DNA from: an uncultured virus (IMG/VR IMGVR_UViG_3300020109_000014) | Lineage: Duplodnaviria > Heunggongvirae > Uroviricota > Caudoviricetes | IMG/VR virus record: IMGVR_UViG_3300020109_000014 | Reading direction: 5' to 3' (one strand) | DNA length: 64,000 bases | Shown here: positions 49,901 through 58,283 of the stretch, one piece after another | How positions within the stretch are numbered: the first letter of the stretch is position 1 | Layout: the number at the start of each line of letters is the position of its first letter | The notes under the pieces: model-generated | Databases searched by the model: none | Seen by the model: the letters and a program-made list of their open reading frames with translations, nothing else | Told to the model about the DNA's origin: nothing | Translations under genes and position numbers: made by a program

Positions 49901-52585
49901 ATTTAATGGTAAATCATCTTGTAAAATCTTTGAATTGTAGTTAGAATCTACAGGTAATGAGTAAAAATTATCACCTAAAATATAAGGAAAAACTGGAGTA
50001 TTTTGTGAATCGATTGTGATAAAGTAAGCATAAACACCTTTTGGATATTCTGGTGTGACACAAAATCTTCCATTATTTTGATCTAATTCTGTTTTTCCAG
50101 AATTTACACTAGGAAACCAAACATAATCATCAATAAATGTTCCCATTTCATAATCTGTAATGCTAGGACCATTTTCTCTACTAGCAATTAATTGATATCC
50201 GCTAGATAAACGTGTTACAGATGATCCAGAATCAGTTGGATTTGAATATCCGTATGGTCCATATATTGGATTCCCGTCATAAGCATATCCTAAAATAGGT
50301 GAATGTACTAGAGTATTTGTTTGATCAAATCCAGCAGTTATATTATCATTAACTCTATATCTCAATAATTTGGGATTAGCAATAGATCCATATCCATAAT
50401 TTTTTGTTGGATCATAATTTATAAAAGCGTATCCATTGTTAACATCCAAAGAATCATAAATTTTTTTATATCTATTTTTAACCCATTTTTTGATTAAAGC
50501 TGTTGCTTGAGCTCCAGTACCAACAGGTTCAACTGTTACCCTAGTATTTTCTCTTGTATAAAATCTTCCATTATTAATTGACTTACAAGATTCAATTTTG
50601 CCATCAGGAGATAATATAGCTTCATATTCGGCAAAGTTTCCTTTACCTAGATCGTCAGATATTTTTATAATTGGTGGAGAAGAATAATATTCACCAGGAT
50701 CATCAATATTAATACTAGTAATTTTTCCGTTGGTGACAACAGCAGATAATTTTGCTTTTCTACCTGAAGTAATAGTAATTACAGGATCTTTGGTAAAATT
50801 TTCTTCGGTATCAATAATGATAGAATCAACTGTTTCGCCAGACAAAACTGATCTTGCTTTATTTGGCAATCCATTTACTAAAACAAATGGTGCTGCCTTA
50901 TAAGCATTACCCTTGAAATCTAGATTAACATTGACAATTTTTCCATATTTGATAAACTCCTCATCTCTATATCCAAACGCTGGTGTACCATCAATAAGAA
51001 TACCAACATCTCTATTTCCAGTTGAATATACTTCTGTTGTTATAATAGGACGTTTTCTAATTAATTTTAATAATTTTTGATCTTCTAAAACAAGATTTAA
51101 ATCGTTCCTTAAGATGTTTGTGTAAGATGGAAAACTAGATGAGCATATGTAATAATACTGATCATCTTCATAAACAGCAGAAACATCAGAAATTAAATCA
51201 TTGACTTGAGAATTGATAGATGGGTAAGCAGATATAAATTTCGTAGCAGTATCATTTACTTTCCACCTAATAGAATTTTGTAGAGCATCAAAAATAACAG
51301 TATCTCTTGTTGTAAATCCAGGATCAGAAATTTGTAACTGATCTCCAGTTTCAGAATATGGATATCCTTCTTTTGGTAGTAAATTATATACAATACCAAC
51401 TGAAATTAAATTTACAATACCAGAATCATGTGTACCAACTAACGTCGAATAATTATAAACTACTTTATTAATATTATGATTTTGTGGATTAATTCTACTG
51501 TTAATAACAAATTGATTTACATTTTTTTGTGTAAATGTGATGACTTCAGATCCAATTAATAATTTTCCTTGCTTGCCCCAACCCCTTGTTGAGTATACAT
51601 CGACTCTATCTCCAGTTGTAGAAGAAGCACTTAGATTAGATCTTAATGTAGTTTTAGAAAATACATTGAAATTTCCATTTACTGATAATGGTTGTAAAAT
51701 TAATTCGTATATATCATCATTGTCAGATTTACCAGCATAAATCACATTATCTACAACAGCAGAAGCATATGAAATGGATTTATCAAAATCATCTAGTAAT
51801 TGATTAATCTTATTGCCAATTAATTTTTGAATATCCCCAGATAATACTTTTACTTTAATTGAGTATACTGAAGTCCAATCTGATGTAGATCCCTTGAGAG
51901 TAAAATCTTTTGGGTTATAAACAGAAACCTTTTCGTTTATATCATGAGATATAATTGAATTAAAAATAAATTTTATAGATTTTTCTGTGCCTTTAGACTT
52001 ATAAAATTTACCAATATTCTTTATTAAAGTTCTTTTATCTACTTCTTGCTTTAAATATTTTTCTGGAAATGCTCCTAGATATTGACTTTCAAAACTTTTT
52101 ACTAAAGCATATAAAAATAAATTACTAATGTTATGTACTACATCTCCTTGATAGTGGGGAGCAGCTTGTGTAGTTACAAATTCTGATTCTCTATACAGAT
52201 CACCTAAAGTAGTATTTCCACTAACACCTCTAGAGACTTCTAAAAAGGCAGTATCAGTTTTTTCTTTGTAGAAACAAATTTCTCCAGCAATTTGAATATA
52301 ACCATTCTTATCGGGAAAAGATTTGGTTGAAACAACATTAATAGTTGTATCCGTACTTACAATACTGGATAGAAGAGTAGTATTTTGCTGTAGTAAGTCG
52401 TTCTCGTAAGAATTAATATCACGATACTTAGTGATATTGTTTATAATATCTAAAGGCTGACCTTTTATTTCTAACTGCTCGTAGTATTTTTCTACGATCT
52501 TAGAAAATTGTGTGTAATCATTTGCTATAAATGATGGTAACTGTGACTCAACTAGAGTCGAGATTGTTCTTGTTCTAGCAGACAT
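44000..52585 (-). CDS. gp7: Baseplate wedge initiator gp7 (expanded, 2861 aa)
   Basis: LIKNIGKFYKSKGTEKSIKFIF, HSPILGYAYDGNPIYGPYGY, LDQNNGRFCVTPEYP (YHYH-like) and DSYFYQDYSYVIKS...HPAGFQLFG; between gp6 and gp8. Confidence 0.88.
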   Translation of the reverse strand: MSARTRTISTLVESQLPSFIANDYTQFSKIVEKYYEQLEIKGQPLDIINNITKYRDINSYENDLLQQNTTLLSSIVSTDTTINVVSTKSFPDKNGYIQIAGEICFYKEKTDTAFLEVSRGVSGNTTLGDLYRESEFVTTQAAPHYQGDVVHNISNLFLYALVKSFESQYLGAFPEKYLKQEVDKRTLIKNIGKFYKSKGTEKSIKFIFNSIISHDINEKVSVYNPKDFTLKGSTSDWTSVYSIKVKVLSGDIQKLIGNKINQLLDDFDKSISYASAVVDNVIYAGKSDNDDIYELILQPLSVNGNFNVFSKTTLRSNLSASSTTGDRVDVYSTRGWGKQGKLLIGSEVITFTQKNVNQFVINSRINPQNHNINKVVYNYSTLVGTHDSGIVNLISVGIVYNLLPKEGYPYSETGDQLQISDPGFTTRDTVIFDALQNSIRWKVNDTATKFISAYPSINSQVNDLISDVSAVYEDDQYYYICSSSFPSYTNILRNDLNLVLEDQKLLKLIRKRPIITTEVYSTGNRDVGILIDGTPAFGYRDEEFIKYGKIVNVNLDFKGNAYKAAPFVLVNGLPNKARSVLSGETVDSIIIDTEENFTKDPVITITSGRKAKLSAVVTNGKITSINIDDPGEYYSSPPIIKISDDLGKGNFAEYEAILSPDGKIESCKSINNGRFYTRENTRVTVEPVGTGAQATALIKKWVKNRYKKIYDSLDVNNGYAFINYDPTKNYGYGSIANPKLLRYRVNDNITAGFDQTNTLVHSPILGYAYDGNPIYGPYGYSNPTDSGSSVTRLSSGYQLIASRENGPSITDYEMGTFIDDYVWFPSVNSGKTELDQNNGRFCVTPEYPKGVYAYFITIDSQNTPVFPYILGDNFYSLPVDSNYNSKILQDDLPLNVKRLKTNYFESNGENLYTFIQDVKSGNISSVLIENSIPNFSVNNSLIIDNNFTEGFGATASVSSVKGKNVLSIESTETKAVQINIKGNAYLFNGDTIEQRDSTGEVLAAGTLIGDVFNDKAFVLRDCEFAVTNTLKSFNTTNKLFSETKVINIILDKNASFTKGSIITLTDGEDKEDSNIATGEVLEGTNRQNSLKIKVIPLQGYTTDFIVDDDYFLKSSNLNDTPKAKILNIFSLSENLEIFSVDDKIAIVNTDQPHQLAVNDRINIDITPDDNLTETVYYVRKRLYQSAILNEVSHSSIIKDTGIGNFTYLNTGLDYLSDTYTDVELIFQDQTLSRKNIGKPGDPYNAKATVVVTPGGYGGIQSITFTNKGKNYRRGDRLTIPDDILFRSNGSINNQRILIEVDHVGLGYDNTSLQLDNVLNLSNDDYLLIGEEIVKITSVDTNNKKVSILRAQLGTTPVNHYDGKEVSLYKGNYRFNAGYRPFGDDQSKPFYISYNNTDKEIFVSYQYGIESPIILLLSSTFYDNSIPAKLVTLKTTSSPEYQLEFSRDNISFVTNPIIDVQKYYKYKFDTSHYSMLGTYLDFSASANYNIFTEEKYTNNISPGNAGSFLSVKFGFGPSISLNSYEDKVPLNYSAFFYFIKASNNVNTKNSYLRIINDPLIGEKIITYTTDNRFVYSLSNIPAYDGSGNIRYTTSSEYAIGKINSIKILDTGSNYKKIPSVVGVVPTSSKKAEVEISYDSIKKQISGVIINNQGQNYSKPQLVITNGDGTGAKFDIITLNGKIKNVKVTDRGLNYSYKPTAEIIETDVKIYLSSNNIGIPQNVKIIQNGVSFNNDKSTLPSFKSNTTLVLKNIGDKEFSEGEIIYQPSTKSRARVSKNGWRSRTNLLKVDRIDGIFVSGESIQGLSSKNTAVIENQIYTEFVPQIQTSYDNLGYYASDRGKLSTNSQKLTDSYFYQDYSYVIKSRTPVDVWRDLIKQTTHPAGFQLFGEVLIESAASTRMPTNQKVIESYSCISLPPISLTVVTTKKQITTSTLSVDSLIVERGIGSISVDTFDSSELFAREIGLLTPFNGDFSNDTSKADGDRVFTMYDKKTNLPISVSNSENLIISLDGIVQHPEEAFTVSGTQISFSEPPLGDRIIEGQLVESQNFYGRLIKFKNSGLNDRYFKPLKDITPLFDGVDTVFNLYYSDNTIVKTDKNENLLVFLNGVLQKSKIDSNTPYGNSYYIDRSEDPNETDKIVFSQPPLNPVTTEDLPEKCFIYTVGSYERLTIDTEVIQYRGAGPYLIKDEVSGRVRKIDDSYFALVFIDGVLQQENKSYEIVGPNITFTSPIQKYIAKDGFETYQDVSVILLYGRDLPKTLTVYDFEADTFYNKISLTLSGVNLIPNFDSLTNLYSNHSPEFYSQNVKVLQNNILLGELKKVDKIANDLRLILLTPINLLDSIITSNNLVFRVNDKYDYTLSGSYTINSSYAVNSDGERILVKGKKQPLWLYGYSLGDQIESYRKTKHFNSLVEGDLIQIDGEKSYREIINVPDIVKPKNYNDDEIITNDFYSKITVTNYNEITRGEGLSINAVIDNDGSVIDLIWNKRDLQLFFSQNVLLQPTAYQYYTTPIIEFVPQTEKGGGARAEVISYGGDILDIVLLDGGSGYTEAPKVVVARGYNRIKSNQRKIDSVTSFELIPKIYLQGLISSSRISIIANGTLGVSNQIVSVGQSLGEINTDIQINEIITPKPQQSMVSYAFAAVSNIISTDIIKKSSTTISPAILPNITTTIRPELQSTTIVDTSREIDRYIDVGLFDYKSSESFDGRYGLTNAGWNIGLYENNAFTGSGSSNVSGMTLEEFEYYYPNLTIEQFETRNLSHYLEDGRIFDLVPASVQEFGAYLDAPLSPSTTVVYVTSTKGFPSSGLLLINKEIVRYSGKQNDRFTGLDRGYLDTGGQTHPPGDYIRSIEIADLPLDYPLDPGPG

Positions 52586-52590
52586 CTAGT

Positions 52591-54390
52591 TTATTCTGGA
52601 TATACCGTAAATTTACTTTGAGCAATATCTACATCAATATAAGCTTCTCTTAAAACATTAATATCACCATTTTTTGGTCTAACTCTCAATTCAATTCTAT
52701 TGTCATCAAAAGACCCTTTAATGATAGTTAAATTGTACATCATCACCTCACCTTTAATATAATCAACTTTACCTAAAGAATCATTCAAAACAATCTTTTC
52801 GCCAGTTAGAGAATCCAATCTATATAGGACAATCACACCATCCATATCTTCAACATAGCAAGTGAAGTTGGGATACTCACTAACAACAAATCCAGTTGAT
52901 TGTACAGCAGGACTATCACAATCATAATCAAATTCATTCTGATAGCATAACTCATAATAAAATGTTGAATTGAGAGCAGGATAAAAATCCTTCCTCATTA
53001 TGACTCTAGTATTATTAGAATTAATTGATTGGTCAGTATTATCAATCGTTCCAATAATTTTACTTAATCTAAATTTACCATTGAATTTTTCTACTTCAGA
53101 TTGAGCAAGATATTTTTCTATAGTTTGAATAACTTTTTTCTTAATTTCTGCTGCAGAAAGAGTTGTTCTTGATTTACTGAAAGATATATCACTGATTAAT
53201 TCTAGATAAAGAATAGATGGGTCTACAATTTCTGGAATCACAGATCCTACCATGTAAGATTTTAATTTTTCTGTAAGATCTCTTTTTGTTAGAACCGATA
53301 GTGAAGCGGTATTTTTTGGTTTAATAACAATTTTAACTTTTCCATATTCTGGTGGTACTTCGTTTTCTCCGCCATAAGTGATAATATCAGAAATAGATGG
53401 GTATATATTTCTTACAATAGCAGCATAATCTTGTGCCGTAACTGCTCTATCTTGTGTACCAAAATATTTTGGAGCATTAAATTTGATTTTAGAAATACTT
53501 TCAACTTCTTCTCCGCCAGAAGCAATCGATGCTGTAGTTACATTTGTCACTGTAAATGGATAATTAGTTAGTCCATCAATATCTTGTAACACGCCAGCAA
53601 ATGTAAATTGTCTAGAACCATTTGTGGCGGAACCATTTGTGAGTAAATATGTAACCTCAACAAAATTACCATTAAGTAATTTCTTTCCAATTACACCATC
53701 ACCAAAGAAAATTTCATAATTCTCGTCTTCAATTTCTTCTACAAAGAAAACAAGTGATTGTGAATTGACATCAAGGATATTATTTGAATATTCAAAAGTT
53801 TTATATGCTGTCGAAGAAACTGTATCGAAAACTTTGACACGAATAGATGATACATCTAATCCCACATTCTGAATAATAAATCTTTGACTTTTTAGTGATG
53901 TGTTAATAGTATATGAATTTGTGACAATAGTTCCTTCGTAAATTGGAACATTTGTAAAATTGGCAACCCCAGCTACAACTGGAGCGGTTATATTATCAAC
54001 GGTAACATACTCATATAAATCACCATCATAAATGGTTGTAAATCCAGTTCCTTTCTTTAAGGTGATTGTAGTTGGAATTGTACCTGTAAAATTAATCTGG
54101 AAATTAACTCTTGCTTCTGGAGCAATAGCAGACTTTGGTGTGTATCCTAACTGCTTAGCAATTGCTACAACATTATCTCTTAATGTGGCAGAATCTAAAA
54201 ATAGTTCATTCACTACCATGTTGGTATTGAATGCCGTGTAGTATGTGTTATATGCCAACACATCAAGAAGAGTGTTCCATACAGAACCCTCAAAATCATA
54301 ACCAGTAAAATCAGATTGTGTCTTTAAATAATCTTTTAACGCTACTTTAATATCATTAAAGTCTAGATTAGAAACCTGAGTGTATGGCAT
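52591..54390 (-). CDS. gp6: Baseplate wedge subunit gp6
   Basis: LDFNDIK..LKDYL, LLDVLAYNTYY..FNTNM..NELFLDSA, AKQLGY.P and QDRAVTAQDY motifs. Confidence 0.95.
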   Translation of the reverse strand: MPYTQVSNLDFNDIKVALKDYLKTQSDFTGYDFEGSVWNTLLDVLAYNTYYTAFNTNMVVNELFLDSATLRDNVVAIAKQLGYTPKSAIAPEARVNFQINFTGTIPTTITLKKGTGFTTIYDGDLYEYVTVDNITAPVVAGVANFTNVPIYEGTIVTNSYTINTSLKSQRFIIQNVGLDVSSIRVKVFDTVSSTAYKTFEYSNNILDVNSQSLVFFVEEIEDENYEIFFGDGVIGKKLLNGNFVEVTYLLTNGSATNGSRQFTFAGVLQDIDGLTNYPFTVTNVTTASIASGGEEVESISKIKFNAPKYFGTQDRAVTAQDYAAIVRNIYPSISDIITYGGENEVPPEYGKVKIVIKPKNTASLSVLTKRDLTEKLKSYMVGSVIPEIVDPSILYLELISDISFSKSRTTLSAAEIKKKVIQTIEKYLAQSEVEKFNGKFRLSKIIGTIDNTDQSINSNNTRVIMRKDFYPALNSTFYYELCYQNEFDYDCDSPAVQSTGFVVSEYPNFTCYVEDMDGVIVLYRLDSLTGEKIVLNDSLGKVDYIKGEVMMYNLTIIKGSFDDNRIELRVRPKNGDINVLREAYIDVDIAQSKFTVYPE

Positions 54391-54786
54391 TTATCGACTT
54401 CTCTCTAAGAAAAATTGTATTTGAATTGGGGGATCATCTTCTCTGCCAATAATACTCATAATAAGATCTATATTATACCCATCATTATCATAATCAATAT
54501 CTGCAGTGATTTCGTCAATTTGTACTCTAGGTTCAAAATTACTAATCGTACTAGCAATCTCAGTTTGAACTGATGTTATTGTTGCTGCATCTAATGGTTC
54601 AAATAATAATCTAGATAAGTCCGATCCTATATCTGGATTGAAAACTCTTTCTCCCCTAATTGTCAATAACAAATTTGTAATTGCCTGCTTAATATCAGCC
54701 TCATCCTTTTTAATGGTGAGATCACCAGTTACAGGATGGGGCTTAAATGTGATATTCAGATCTTTAAAAGTCTGGAACTCAGGCAT
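54391..54786 (-). CDS. gp25: Baseplate wedge subunit gp25
   Basis: FKDLNITF..HPVTGD, IKQAITNLLLT..GERVFNP..GS and FEPRV motifs. Confidence 0.95.
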   Translation of the reverse strand: MPEFQTFKDLNITFKPHPVTGDLTIKKDEADIKQAITNLLLTIRGERVFNPDIGSDLSRLLFEPLDAATITSVQTEIASTISNFEPRVQIDEITADIDYDNDGYNIDLIMSIIGREDDPPIQIQFFLERSR

Positions 54787-54799
54787 TATGGGAGTTTTT

Positions 54800-54811
54800 T
54801 ATTTATTTATG
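54800..54811 (-). promoter_or_regulatory. Late promoter(s) ATAAATA upstream of gp25
   Basis: tatttatttatg on the + strand. Confidence 0.65.
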
Positions 54812-54812
54812 G

Positions 54813-54992
54813 TCATTGATGCCATCTTTCCACATAATCATCAAATCCGCCTCTACCTCCACAAGGTCTAGAATACCTATCAGTTGGAGGTGTGTTGACC
54901 TTTGAATCTAACACATAATCGGTAATTAACCGATTTGTACCCCAATTTTGTTTCATAAACTCAACATCACGATCTACTTGATACTTTGCCAT
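54813..54992 (-). CDS. Small hypothetical protein (59 aa, MAKYQVDRDVEFMKQNWG...VERWHQ)
   Basis: Manual translation, below the track cutoff. GGAG RBS upstream; fills the gap. Confidence 0.7.
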   Translation of the reverse strand: MAKYQVDRDVEFMKQNWGTNRLITDYVLDSKVNTPPTDRYSRPCGGRGGFDDYVERWHQ

Positions 54993-55033
54993 CTGTTTTC
55001 TCCGTAAAGTAAACAGAACTTTTAAAGGGGTTA

Positions 55034-55462
55034 CTATCCCTTGACTATTCTATTATACATCTCTTTTGACCAATACTGATAATATTCTGTTTTGCTTAAA
55101 TGACTTCTAGCATCCAAAAGGTCATCACGTCGCTGAACTATAATTACGTTATGCTTTGCACAGTTTGTCTGAACCCCATTAATGTAGGATGGTTCAGAGC
55201 TATGGTCGTCTAAAAATATATAGTCTCTATAAATCATGTTGAGTTCAGAGCAACGCTGCATCATCTGACAAACTTCACAATCCCCAACTACAAAAATAGC
55301 GATATCAACCCCTTCAACAGGACCGACATCGCTCAAAGTACATTCTTTAATACAATAAGTCGCTTTAGCAGCATATGGACATACAGGAAACCCTCCAAGC
55401 GCCTCCTGTGGTCTTGTAACGTTATTTATCCATTCATTAATATCTTCAGCGACCCTGCCCAC
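55034..55462 (-). CDS. Hypothetical protein (about 142 aa, CPYA motif)
   Basis: ORF track 55034..55558. The likely start is GTG at 55462 with an AGAGG RBS, overlapping the end of the upstream basic ORF. Confidence 0.65.
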   Translation of the reverse strand: MGRVAEDINEWINNVTRPQEALGGFPVCPYAAKATYCIKECTLSDVGPVEGVDIAIFVVGDCEVCQMMQRCSELNMIYRDYIFLDDHSSEPSYINGVQTNCAKHNVIIVQRRDDLLDARSHLSKTEYYQYWSKEMYNRIVKG

Positions 55463-55589
55463 GATACCTCTTTCTAGCGCCATTACGGGACGTAGCAGCA
55501 TATTTCGTATGTTTCCCCATACCCTGACGAGTACACTTGGGTTTGGATTCGATAACAACCTTAGTTGTGAATGACGGACGCTTTGCCAT
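55446..55589 (-). CDS. Small highly basic protein (47 aa, MAKRPSF...KCTRQGMGKHTKYAATSRNGARKRYRGQGR)
   Basis: Manual translation. GAGG RBS; resembles a small conserved cyanomyovirus ORF. Confidence 0.75.
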   Translation of the reverse strand: MAKRPSFTTKVVIESKPKCTRQGMGKHTKYAATSRNGARKRYRGQGR

Positions 55590-55622
55590 TATTTACCTCG
55601 TTAAGACTTTCTAATTATACCA

Positions 55623-55997
55623 CTATTTTTTTTGATTAGCAATAATTACGGTAGGGTACTGAAAAGGAGCAACAAATAATCTCTTAGTACCTGGAAATGA
55701 TGTTAATTCTGTAGCATCGCCTTGTACCGCTGGTAAAAGTTTATTGATGTATACATTCGTATTAACAGTCGTAACTACCTTCCTGCCTGCTACAGGCACC
55801 ACACAGGGAATTAATGGATTGTTTGGTGTTCCATTAACAGTATCTGGTGGTAACGCTGCATGTATAAACTTTACCTGTGTTTTGTTAATATACACATTTG
55901 GTGATTGGTAAGGTGACGTTACAGGTTTTGCTGGATATGTACACGGTCCATTGATTGATGTTGTATCTGGAGTGGTTGGACCTACAAGGAGCGGCAT
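55623..55997 (-). CDS. PAAR-like spike-tip protein (gp5.4-like), divergent
   Basis: Repeated S/N.NVYIN motifs, PAVQGD and PTVII; Pro-rich; upstream of gp25. Confidence 0.6.
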   Translation of the reverse strand: MPLLVGPTTPDTTSINGPCTYPAKPVTSPYQSPNVYINKTQVKFIHAALPPDTVNGTPNNPLIPCVVPVAGRKVVTTVNTNVYINKLLPAVQGDATELTSFPGTKRLFVAPFQYPTVIIANQKK

Positions 55998-56185
55998 TTA
56001 TCTTCTACCTCTTTTAATCGTTTATCAATTTCGTTTAAATATTCTACAAGATTTATATGCTCTTCTCGATTAGGTGGTTTGTACATAAATTTAAAAGGCA
56101 TTGGTATTTGGTCGAGTTTTTCTTTAAAACTGTTGACCAATCTCGTTAAGGAGTTCAGGCGCTCCTCCATCTCGTAATTCCACAT
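55982..56185 (-). CDS. Hypothetical protein (67 aa, coiled coil)
   Basis: ORF track; overlaps its neighbours as in an operon. Confidence 0.6.
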   Translation of the reverse strand: MWNYEMEERLNSLTRLVNSFKEKLDQIPMPFKFMYKPPNREEHINLVEYLNEIDKRLKEVEDKCRSL

Positions 56186-56372
56186 TTGTTACATTCTCCT
56201 TTTTAATGAGACCATCATCGTAGATGGTGTCTACATTGACTTGAGGGGCGTTTAACCCAGTATAATATTGATCAGCAATGGACTCCATGCTATCGGCAAA
56301 CTCATTGAAGTTATCAAAGAATTGTTCCTTTAGAGTACCATCTGAAGTCTTATAAGTTACTTTCTGTTTCAT
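56124..56372 (-). CDS. Hypothetical protein (82 aa), first gene of the late operon
   Basis: ORF track; late promoter upstream. Confidence 0.7.
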   Translation of the reverse strand: MKQKVTYKTSDGTLKEQFFDNFNEFADSMESIADQYYTGLNAPQVNVDTIYDDGLIKKENVTNVELRDGGAPELLNEIGQQF

Positions 56373-56431
56373 GGCGACTTTTGGGGTGATTTTTTTGTGG
56401 CGGAAATTTTTTGGATTAGGGATCCTATCGT

Positions 56432-56439
56432 TATTTATT
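56432..56439 (-). promoter_or_regulatory. Late promoter AATAAATA heading the structural module
   Basis: tatttatt on the + strand, about 60 nt upstream of the ATG at 56372. Confidence 0.6.
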
Positions 56440-56554
56440 TCGGTCGTCTGGATACTTTTGTAGGTTAGAGAGGGTCAAATATGGGACCCGCTCGGCGCGC
56501 CGCCCACCTAGGGGGCGGGGGCAAACCACTGCCCCCCCTGGGGGTGTGCTAGGA

Positions 56555-56755
56555 TCAACCGTTGCCCATCACAACAGCGTAGGCGCTGGGAGAGGCGATG
56601 TGAGCACGATCTCGCCACTGCTGACTGCCTCGCTTGGTGCTGAACTTGACCATCTCACAGATCAACTCACCCTTACGTGGGCGGCGGGGGCGGACGGTCT
56701 TGAACTTGAACCCAGCGGCGGTGAGTTGCTCGGGGGTGGCGGTTGCGAAATTCAT
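56555..56755 (-). CDS. Early hypothetical basic protein (66 aa)
   Basis: ORF preceded by a promoter cassette (-10 TAGACT). Confidence 0.7.
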   Translation of the reverse strand: MNFATATPEQLTAAGFKFKTVRPRRPRKGELICEMVKFSTKRGSQQWRDRAHIASPSAYAVVMGNG

Positions 56756-56797
56756 GTGGTGTCTGTGTGTGTGTGGTTAGTCTACAGGGTCAGGGGG

Positions 56798-56953
56798 TCA
56801 GCGACCATCCCAGCAGGCGCTTTCCCAACCGTCACGCTGGAAGCGGCGGGCATCGTAATCGTCGGCGTCCATCAGGTCGTCGTGCTCACAGTCCTCATAG
56901 AAGCGGTCGGACTGGGAGTAGGAGTTGCCGTAAGCGAAGGAAGTGGTTGCCAT
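56798..56953 (-). CDS. Early acidic hypothetical protein (51 aa, MATTSFAYGNSYSQSDRFYEDC...)
   Basis: Manual translation; ATG follows the CATCAACCAAACGA leader motif. Confidence 0.7.
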   Translation of the reverse strand: MATTSFAYGNSYSQSDRFYEDCEHDDLMDADDYDARRFQRDGWESACWDGR

Positions 56954-56991
56954 GGTTGAAGTCGTTTGGTTGATGTGGTTAGTCTAGACGC

Positions 56992-57168
56992 TCAGGGCAT
57001 CTCACAGGCGCCAGGGAGGACACTGTTGTAGGTGGCACAGCGGGCGGCGGTCTGTTGGTTGACTGCCTGAACGGTGTCAGCAGCGAAGTCGATGGCAGCA
57101 GCACCCACGGTAGCGATGGGGGCATAGAAGGCGGCGCCGAGGGCGAGGATGGCGAGAGTCTTGAGCAT
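56992..57168 (-). CDS. Early hypothetical protein with signal peptide (58 aa, MLKTLAILALGAAFYAP...RCATYNSVLPGACEMP)
   Basis: Manual translation; cassette leader upstream. Confidence 0.7.
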   Translation of the reverse strand: MLKTLAILALGAAFYAPIATVGAAAIDFAADTVQAVNQQTAARCATYNSVLPGACEMP

Positions 57169-57240
57169 GGTCTGGTTCGTTTGGTTGATGTGTTTAGTAT
57201 AGAGGCGGGGGAGGGGGGAAGGCGCCCCCCTGTGGACAGT

Positions 57241-57462
57241 TCAGAAATCGTCCAGCATCTCGTCCAGTTCGTCGGTGTCGATCTTAGCGTCCATCCAACG
57301 GGCACCGTCTGGGGTCATCTGCCCCCACAGCATCTCAAGGTGGGGAATGAGAGCGTTGTAGCGGGTGAACTTTTGAGCGAGGTTGTAGGTCCGCTCATCG
57401 TTCTGAATCCACAGGGCGACGTTCCAGGTCTCCCAGTTTGCCCATCCGTTGTAGGTCGTCAT
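57241..57462 (-). CDS. Early hypothetical protein (73 aa, YNGWANWETWNVALW motif)
   Basis: ORF track; motif common in phage hypotheticals; cassette upstream. Confidence 0.85.
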   Translation of the reverse strand: MTTYNGWANWETWNVALWIQNDERTYNLAQKFTRYNALIPHLEMLWGQMTPDGARWMDAKIDTDELDEMLDDF

Positions 57463-57500
57463 GGTTTGAGTCGTTTGGTTGATGTGGTTAGTCTACAGGG

Positions 57501-57674
57501 TCAGGAGCGCCCGAGGTGCTCGAACTGTGCCAGACTGCTAGGTGCCACATGGGCGGGTGATCCACAGGAGCGGTAGAAGTCCACCATCCGCTCAGCCTCT
57601 GCCAGCGTGGGGAACCACTGTGACCGCCACTCCTGGCTGCTGTAGGGGGTCTGGTAACGAACTTCGATCTTCAT
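57501..57674 (-). CDS. Early hypothetical protein (57 aa, MKIEVRYQTPY...)
   Basis: Start reassigned to the ATG after the cassette leader. Confidence 0.75.
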   Translation of the reverse strand: MKIEVRYQTPYSSQEWRSQWFPTLAEAERMVDFYRSCGSPAHVAPSSLAQFEHLGRS

Positions 57675-57752
57675 TGGTTTGGTTTGGTTGATGCTGATAG
57701 TATGGCAGCCCCTGGTGGGGTTTGGGGGCATCTGTGGACACCCCCTACACTG

Positions 57753-57950
57753 TCACATACCGTTCAGAAAGTCATGGAGGTCCTCACGGTATTCTGCCTC
57801 GGTCTGGTAGACTCGACCGTGGATTTCCCGAGGGTAGGTCGCCGTGGGGGCGGGTGCCTTGCTGGGCTCTTTGCCTTGGGAGAGGATCTGAGCGACGTAG
57901 GGGTTCACGTCGTAGATCTCGCCAGGCATGTCTTGGATCTCATCCCACAT
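57753..57950 (-). CDS. Early hypothetical protein (65 aa, MWDEIQDMPGEI...)
   Basis: Start reassigned to the ATG after the cassette leader. Confidence 0.75.
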   Translation of the reverse strand: MWDEIQDMPGEIYDVNPYVAQILSQGKEPSKAPAPTATYPREIHGRVYQTEAEYREDLHDFLNGM

Positions 57951-58032
57951 AGGTTTGGTTCGTTTGGTTGATGCTCTTAGTATGGCAGCCCCTGATGGGG
58001 TTTGGGGTAGTTGGTGGACAGTGCCTCTACTG

Positions 58033-58221
58033 TCACAGGATCTGGAGATCGTCAAGGATCACCCCATCCTTCCGAATCTCAGCGTAGACGAACTCGTCTG
58101 CTTTGATGGCGAGCAGGCGCTGCGCCTCTGCCCAGGTCTGGCAGTCGATAGATTCCCAGGGGTCAGACGGAACGTAGACGGTGAAGCGGCGTTCCATCAG
58201 TGAGGGGTTAAGGTTGTTCAT
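58033..58221 (-). CDS. Early hypothetical protein (62 aa), possibly leaderless
   Basis: ATG lies 6 nt after the -10 CATACT. Confidence 0.65.
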   Translation of the reverse strand: MNNLNPSLMERRFTVYVPSDPWESIDCQTWAEAQRLLAIKADEFVYAEIRKDGVILDDLQIL

Positions 58222-58283
58222 GCTGTTAGTATGGCATGGATCGGGGGGCATTTCAACCCCCTATGTGCCACTTAGTCAGGTGG

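Noticed and set aside
1047..54871. Many plus-strand ORFs and short alternate-frame minus-strand ORFs inside the large genes
   Set aside because: These are antisense or frame shadows of codon-biased, repetitive structural genes, with no RBS, promoter or recognisable motifs
55463..55558. N-terminal extension of the 174-aa ORF
   Set aside because: It overlaps the 47-aa basic ORF, and the GTG at 55462 has a good RBS
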